Made by a program: the position numbers and the translations under genes. 64,000 nt of DNA from Terracidiphilus sp. (GTDB lineage: Bacteria; Acidobacteriota; Terriglobia; Terriglobales; Acidobacteriaceae), in assembly GCA_035308825.1 (NCBI GenBank), contig DATGFX010000086.1, forward strand, positions 20,283 through 84,282, read 5' to 3'. Of this stretch, positions 58,575-64,000 are shown piece after piece. Under the pieces are notes generated by a model that did not search any database, was not told the origin of the DNA, and saw only the letters and a list, made by a program, of their open reading frames with translations. The stretch's first letter is position 1; each line of letters begins with the position of its first letter.

Positions 58575-60987
58575 GGTTGAGCGGTTCTATCTCGATCTTC
58601 GCTATGCAATGCGCCAGCTTCGGACTTCGCCTGGATTCACCTTTGCCGTGATCGCGACTCTCGCGCTCGGGATCGGCGCCACGACGGCCATCTTCACATT
58701 GGTCTACTGCACGCTTCTGCGCGGTCTGCCCTATCCGGAATCCGATCGCATCATGCGCATTGACGATGTGCGGCTGCAGGGCCAGTCGGGCGGGGGCCTC
58801 ATGCGTGTGCCGCGATTTTTTGATCTGCAGGCCCGCAACAAGTCGTTCGAGAGCGTCGCGTTTTTCTATTTTGAAAATGTGACCCTCATCTCGGGAACCC
58901 GGATGCCGGCTGCGATCCGCAGCGCAACCGCGAGCGGGGGATTCTGGAAAGTCTTCGGCACGCGTCCGCTACTCGGGCGCGCGTTCAACGAGCGCGATGA
59001 TCAGCCGAAGGCTCCGCCCGTCGTGGTGCTGAGCTTCAAAAGCTGGCAAGAACAGTTTCATGGTGATCCGTCCGTAGTGGGCAGCCATGTGACCATCGAT
59101 CAGAAAGCCGCGACGATCATCGGCGTCATGCCTGCGGAGGTGAATGTCCCGAACGGCATCGATCTTTGGCGGCCGGCGCAGTTTGACCCGGGCGAGTTTA
59201 CGTGGCGTGGCGCAGGCTCCGGCTTTCTGAACGTGTTTGCGCTCATGCGGCCTGGCGTGACGATTGCCGCCGCGGAAAGTGACTTGCAGCGAGTCGGCGC
59301 GCAACTCCAGCACGAATACGCCGGCACGGACGGCAACTGGCAGTTTGCCGGCCGCTCTTTCCGCGACAGCTTGTATGGACAGTTGCGGCCGGCCTTGATG
59401 GTCTTATGGGCTGCTTCCGGCTTTCTGTTTCTGATGGCATGCATCAACGTCGCCAATCTGTTGCTGACGCGCGCAACAGAACGCGAGCGCGAGGTGGCGT
59501 TGCGGAGGGCTTTAGGCGCATCCGAGGGACGGCTCCGTCTTCAGTTCCTGACCGAGAACACGCTGCTGGCGTTGATCGGCGGCGCTGCGGGACTTGGGTT
59601 GGCCTGGACGCTGATCCGCATCGCAGCAGCGAGGCTGCCGGGCCGCCTCGGCGTGCAGGGAATCGTGGAGATGAACTGGCCGGTCGTGGGGTTCGCTTGC
59701 GTGGTGGCACTGGTATCCGGCGTCGTCTTCGGCTTGGCGCCTGTCTTGCGAAACGGTGATGCCGCATTGAACGCGAGCCTGAAGCGGGGCGACAAGCGAG
59801 CGGGCGCCTTCTGCGGAGGCTGGGTGCGCGGGGGTTTCATCGCAGTCCAGGTGGGGCTTTCGCTTGTATTGCTCGTGGGCGCGTCGTTGCTGGGCGAATC
59901 GTTATGGAACCTGATCAAGTTGCCGCTGGGCTTTGCTCCAAATCGCTTGCTGACGTTTGAAATCAGCCTACCCTGGGGAACGGATCAGAGCGCGATCCGC
60001 AGTTTCTTTCTGAACGCGCAGCAGCGAATTGAGGCGCTGCCCGGCGTCGTCGCGGTGGGGCAGATCGATGCACTGCCGACGGTCGATTGGCACCTGCGCA
60101 GCAATTTCGATGCGGACTGGCTTCCGCGGGTCGCGAATCATCCGGCATTCACGGCCGAGGATCGCCATATCGCGGGCAACTACCTTGCCGCGATGAGCAC
60201 GCCGGTGCTGATGGGCCGTGGATTCACCGATGAGGATCAACGTCCCGAGTCCCGCACGATTCTTGTGAATCACGAACTGGTGCGGGAGTACCTGCCGGGA
60301 GGCGACGCGGTTGGCAGACACCTGATGATAGACGAGCATTCTTTCCAGATCGTCGGAGTGATAGGAGACGTGCGCGGAACCACGGGCCCGATCTCAAAGG
60401 CGCCAGGCCCCGAGGTGTACTGGCCAGCGGATTCTGATATCGGGGTGGTGCAACGGTACTTTGCCGTGCAGTCGCGAGTGCCACCGAATGAACTGATCAA
60501 CTCAATCCGGGAACAGGTACGCGAGGTTGATCCGATGCGCGCCATCTCGAACGTGAGCACCATGGATGAGCTGCTTGATCACTCTGTTGCCCAGCCGCGA
60601 CTCAACATGGCGCTGATCGCGTCCTTCGCAGCGCTCGCGCTTTTGCTTGCTTGCGTCGGCATTTACGGAATCGTCGCGTGGTCCGCGCAACAGCGCGTGC
60701 AGGAGATTGGAGTGCGGATGGCTCTTGGGGCGACGCGCGCCCAGATTGCTCTGATGTTCATGAAGCGGGCAGCACTTCCCACTTTCATCGGTATGGCTAC
60801 GGGCACCGGTGTTGCGTTGCTTCTGACCCAGCTTTTGCGCAGCCAGCTTTATGGCGTGACCCCCGGCAATCCGAGGACCTATGCGCTCTCGATGTTCCTG
60901 CTGTCGATTCCTGTTCTGGTCGCGACGCTGCGTCCTTCTCTTCGAGCGGCGTCGATCAACCCTGTGGATGCATTGCGGAACGAATAG
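58384..60987 (+). CDS. ADOP-type duplicated ABC permease (MacB/FtsX-like)
   Basis: Start ATG 58384 with GAGGAG; permease prefix domain, DLRYA.RQLR.SPGF...LALGIGATTAIF, two MacB_PCD+FtsX halves, R.REVALR.ALGA, EIGVRMALGA, RAASINPVDALRNE. Confidence 0.95.
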   Translation: MKWWQLRRRDADLERELRSDLELEAEEQRERGLPADDARLAARRALGNAVLIRERTHEAWGWAPVERFYLDLRYAMRQLRTSPGFTFAVIATLALGIGATTAIFTLVYCTLLRGLPYPESDRIMRIDDVRLQGQSGGGLMRVPRFFDLQARNKSFESVAFFYFENVTLISGTRMPAAIRSATASGGFWKVFGTRPLLGRAFNERDDQPKAPPVVVLSFKSWQEQFHGDPSVVGSHVTIDQKAATIIGVMPAEVNVPNGIDLWRPAQFDPGEFTWRGAGSGFLNVFALMRPGVTIAAAESDLQRVGAQLQHEYAGTDGNWQFAGRSFRDSLYGQLRPALMVLWAASGFLFLMACINVANLLLTRATEREREVALRRALGASEGRLRLQFLTENTLLALIGGAAGLGLAWTLIRIAAARLPGRLGVQGIVEMNWPVVGFACVVALVSGVVFGLAPVLRNGDAALNASLKRGDKRAGAFCGGWVRGGFIAVQVGLSLVLLVGASLLGESLWNLIKLPLGFAPNRLLTFEISLPWGTDQSAIRSFFLNAQQRIEALPGVVAVGQIDALPTVDWHLRSNFDADWLPRVANHPAFTAEDRHIAGNYLAAMSTPVLMGRGFTDEDQRPESRTILVNHELVREYLPGGDAVGRHLMIDEHSFQIVGVIGDVRGTTGPISKAPGPEVYWPADSDIGVVQRYFAVQSRVPPNELINSIREQVREVDPMRAISNVSTMDELLDHSVAQPRLNMALIASFAALALLLACVGIYGIVAWSAQQRVQEIGVRMALGATRAQIALMFMKRAALPTFIGMATGTGVALLLTQLLRSQLYGVTPGNPRTYALSMFLLSIPVLVATLRPSLRAASINPVDALRNE

Positions 60988-61013
60988 CGAAGCAGGCGGG
61001 CGAATTCGGCAGC

Positions 61014-61214
61014 GAGGAGCGAGATGAAGTGGTGGCAGTTAAGACGGCGCGATGCGGATCTGGAGCGCGAGTTGCGCTGCGATCTTGAGCTGGAAGCCGA
61101 GGAGCAGCGGGAACGGGGCTTGCCGGCGGATGATGCCCGCCTTACGGCGCGGCGCGCGCTGGGCAATGCCGCGCTGATCCGGGAGCAGACGCATGAGGCA
61201 TGGGGATGGGCGCC
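61014..61214 (+). repeat. 201-bp near-identical repeat, copy 2 (ADOP 5' module)
   Basis: See copy 1; similarity breaks down abruptly after GGATGGGCGCC. Confidence 0.95.
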
Positions 61215-63627
61215 TCTAGAACACTTCTGGCAGGACATTCACTTTGCAGCAAGGCAATTCAGCAAGAACCGCCTTTTTGCGGCGATTTGCATCCTCACGC
61301 TGGGGCTCGGGGTCGGCGCCCAGACGACGATCTACAGCGTGGTTCGGGCAGTGCTGATCGATCCTTATCCATACCGCGGCGCAATGCGGATGGTGCACAT
61401 TCATCTTTATGACAAGGACCCCGCGCCGTATGATCTGGCGCTGGACAGCGCACAGTTTGCCCTGTTTCAGAGGTCGCCGGTGCTGGACGGAGCGATTGCG
61501 GAAGACGGGTACACGATGGCGCTGACCAGCGCCGAATTGCCGGAACAGCTTCAAGTCGGGCGGTTGTCGCCGAACGGGTTCGACTACTTTGGCGTGCCCG
61601 CCCTGCTTGGGCGGACTTTTGGCCCCACCGATAGAGCCAATGTTGCGGTTCTCAGCTATCACTTCTGGATTTCGCATTTCGCAGGCCGACCAAATGCGAT
61701 CGGGCAAAATCTGCAACTCGATCGCCAGGACTACGAAATCATCGGCGTGATGCCGCAGCGGTTTGCCTGGATGGGCGATGACGTCAACGTTCCCCTGCCG
61801 TATTCCACCGATCCCCGCCGGCCGGCAAACGTGTACGCGCGTCTCCGCGAAGGAGTGAGCGACGCGCAGGCGGAGGAGGCACTCGAACCGATGCTCGACG
61901 GCTTCGCGAAGGAGACTCCGGCAAATTTCCCGCAGCAATTCAAGGTACATGTCGTGCATATCAACGAGGTGGCGATCGGAAGATTCAGAGGATTCCTGGT
62001 TGTCCTTTTCGCGTCTGTCTCGTTCCTGCTGGTGCTGGCTTGCGTGAATGTGGCCATCCTGCTGCTCGCGCGGGGAGAGGCAAGACAAGCGGAGATTGCG
62101 ATGCGCAAGGCACTGGGGGCATCGAGCGGCCGCATCGCGCGGCAGTTGCTCACGGAATCGGTTTTTCTTTCGCTGGCAGGCGGGGCGCTTGGTATCGCGC
62201 TGGCATTTGCCGGCATTCGTCTGGTTCTGTTTCTCATTCATCCGCTTCCGACGATCTTTCCTCCTGAAGCTGAAATTGCTCTCGATGTTCCAGTGTTGCT
62301 TTTCAGCATCGGCATTTCGTCGTTGACGGGAATCGGCTGCGGCCTGTGGCCTGCGTTGCGTCTTTGCAGGGGCGGGCTGCGGCAGGCGGCGGAGAGCGGC
62401 GCGTCGAAACTTGCCGGAAAGCAGGGCACCTACCGCGCGCATCGCCTGCTGCTGACCGGGCAGGTGACCTTGACGGTTCTTCTGCTGGCGGGGTCGGGGG
62501 CCACCGTGAGGGAACTTGGACGCCTGCTGCACGAGAACCTTGGGTACGAGCCGCAGAATCTGGCGTCAGCGAATCTTGTCCTGAAAGAGGGCTCCCATCA
62601 CGAGTGGGCCGACCGTGTTGCTTATTTCGAGCAGATTCGCAACGCGATCGCACGGGACCCCGAGGTGGTCTCAGCAGCGATCGGGCACCTGCCGCCATCG
62701 ATTATCGACTCGACCCCCATTGCGATTCCGGGACTGGATGGCAGCGAAGGACATGTCAGCGAGCAGCAGGTAAGCCGGGAATACTTCTCCACGCTTGGGA
62801 CGCGCCTGTTGGCCGGGCGGGTTTGGACGCCTGCGGAAATTGCGCACGCCGCGCATTTGGCTCTCATCAATGAGTCCATGCGACGCCGTTATTGGCCCAG
62901 TGCGAATCCGATCGGCCAGACTATCGTGCTGAACAATGGCATCGCGAATGGAAATGTATGGCGGCTGGTGGCTCCCGGTGACGACCAACATTTTCGGATC
63001 ATCGGAATGGTTGCCGACACACCGAACCGGGGCCTGGGCGAAGCGGTCTTTCCGGGTGTGTATGTTCCGTATTCGATGTCGCCGTTCGACGGATTCGATG
63101 TAGTGGTTCGAACGCGAACCAACCCCGCGGCATTGTTGCACGATCTCAAGGAAGATGTGCGGCGCGTCGAGGCGGGCCAGGCCGTGGGAGACCTGGTTAC
63201 GGCAAATGATTTGCTGGAAGGGGACAGCCTTGGGCGGGAGCGTCTCGCCGCGCGTCTTTTCACAGCCTTTGCTTTTCTTGGACTGGCTTTCGCGATCAGC
63301 GGCCTTTATAGCGTTCAATCGTATCTTGTGGCGCAGCGACGACGCGAATTGGGCTTGCGCATCGCGCTCGGCGCGCGGAGATTGCATATCGTTGACGTGA
63401 TTACACGGGGAGCGGGTGTTTCGGTGCTGATTGGAACCAGCATCGGCATGCTGGCCACGCTCGCGCTCAGCCGCGTCTTTGCCTATTGGACGAATGGAAA
63501 TGCGCGCGACCCGATCATGCTGCTGGCTATCGCCGGCATCCTGTTTCTCGCGGCCGGAGCGGCTTCGGTTGGTCCGGTGCTGACTGCTGCTGCGATCGAT
63601 CCCGTGCGGGCGCTGCGTTCGGAATGA
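61024..63627 (+). CDS. ADOP-type duplicated ABC permease (MacB/FtsX-like)
   Basis: Same architecture; ACVNVAILLLARG, EIAMRKALGA, ELGLRIALGA, IDPVRALRSE. Confidence 0.95.
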   Translation: MKWWQLRRRDADLERELRCDLELEAEEQRERGLPADDARLTARRALGNAALIREQTHEAWGWAPLEHFWQDIHFAARQFSKNRLFAAICILTLGLGVGAQTTIYSVVRAVLIDPYPYRGAMRMVHIHLYDKDPAPYDLALDSAQFALFQRSPVLDGAIAEDGYTMALTSAELPEQLQVGRLSPNGFDYFGVPALLGRTFGPTDRANVAVLSYHFWISHFAGRPNAIGQNLQLDRQDYEIIGVMPQRFAWMGDDVNVPLPYSTDPRRPANVYARLREGVSDAQAEEALEPMLDGFAKETPANFPQQFKVHVVHINEVAIGRFRGFLVVLFASVSFLLVLACVNVAILLLARGEARQAEIAMRKALGASSGRIARQLLTESVFLSLAGGALGIALAFAGIRLVLFLIHPLPTIFPPEAEIALDVPVLLFSIGISSLTGIGCGLWPALRLCRGGLRQAAESGASKLAGKQGTYRAHRLLLTGQVTLTVLLLAGSGATVRELGRLLHENLGYEPQNLASANLVLKEGSHHEWADRVAYFEQIRNAIARDPEVVSAAIGHLPPSIIDSTPIAIPGLDGSEGHVSEQQVSREYFSTLGTRLLAGRVWTPAEIAHAAHLALINESMRRRYWPSANPIGQTIVLNNGIANGNVWRLVAPGDDQHFRIIGMVADTPNRGLGEAVFPGVYVPYSMSPFDGFDVVVRTRTNPAALLHDLKEDVRRVEAGQAVGDLVTANDLLEGDSLGRERLAARLFTAFAFLGLAFAISGLYSVQSYLVAQRRRELGLRIALGARRLHIVDVITRGAGVSVLIGTSIGMLATLALSRVFAYWTNGNARDPIMLLAIAGILFLAAGAASVGPVLTAAAIDPVRALRSE

Positions 63628-63672
63628 AATATTGCCGGGACGAGGTGGGCGCTGGATGAAAGGAAACCTCAG

Positions 63673-64000
63673 ATGAAGTGGTGGCAGTTGAAAAAACGCG
63701 ATGCGGATCTGGAGCGCGAGTTGCGCTCCGATCTTGAGCTGGAAGCTGAGGAGCAGCGGGAACGGGGCTTGTCAAAAGATGAGGCGGGTTATGCGGCGCG
63801 GCGCGCGCTCGGCAACACCACGCTCATTCGCGAGCAGGCGCACGAGGCTTGGGGATGGGCGCGTCTCGAATACATGTACCAGGATCTTCGCTTCGCGTTT
63901 CGGCAGCTGAGGCGGTCGCCGGGATTTGCCGCGGCGTCGATCTTCACGCTCGCGCTTGGGATCGGCGCGTCCACTTCGATCTTTTCGGTGGCGGATGCGG
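63673..64000 (+). CDS. Third ADOP-type permease, 5' part only (runs off the window)
   Basis: Not in ORF track. MKWWQLKKRDADLERELRSDLELEAEEQRERG...QDLRFAFRQLRRSPGFAAASIFTLALGIGASTSIFSV; AAGGA upstream. Confidence 0.93.
   Translation, partial: MKWWQLKKRDADLERELRSDLELEAEEQRERGLSKDEAGYAARRALGNTTLIREQAHEAWGWARLEYMYQDLRFAFRQLRRSPGFAAASIFTLALGIGASTSIFSVADA

Overview
Window from a GC-rich (roughly 60-63% by eye) bacterium, most likely Acidobacteriota (Terriglobia), judged from the tandem ADOP-type permeases, the wHTH-TM-beta-propeller regulator, the FG-GAP/Ig surface protein and the long low-complexity insertions in IF2, NusA and RNase E/G. Core loci: rimP-nusA-infB; mreB-mreC-mreD-mrdA-rodA-rne/rng; ald with a divergent Lrp regulator; an ntrY/ntrX-like pair; pyrG; kdsA; thrC. 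Accessory genes are interspersed (ECF sigma operon, CSS-EAL phosphodiesterase, secreted peptidases, surface proteins, MsrPQ-like pair, three ADOP permeases). No rRNA, tRNA, CRISPR array or intact mobile element was seen. The best candidate new system is at 41746-42445: a CRP/FNR-box promoter drives a probably leaderless, Cys-rich, Pro-Pro-tailed upstream ORF; directly after its stop codon a 10-bp stem masks the Shine-Dalgarno of a 56-aa secreted peptide with six Cys-Cys pairs that is missing from the ORF track; a strong hairpin closes the unit. This resembles CutF/CruR-type metal-sensing translational control of a metallothionein-like exported peptide. Also notable: a C-terminal transmembrane hairpin plus internal lipobox apparently inserted inside the last Ig domain of a 1024-aa surface protein, and 97.5% identical 5' modules on otherwise divergent ADOP permease genes. 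All assignments are by eye from motifs; no database searches were run.
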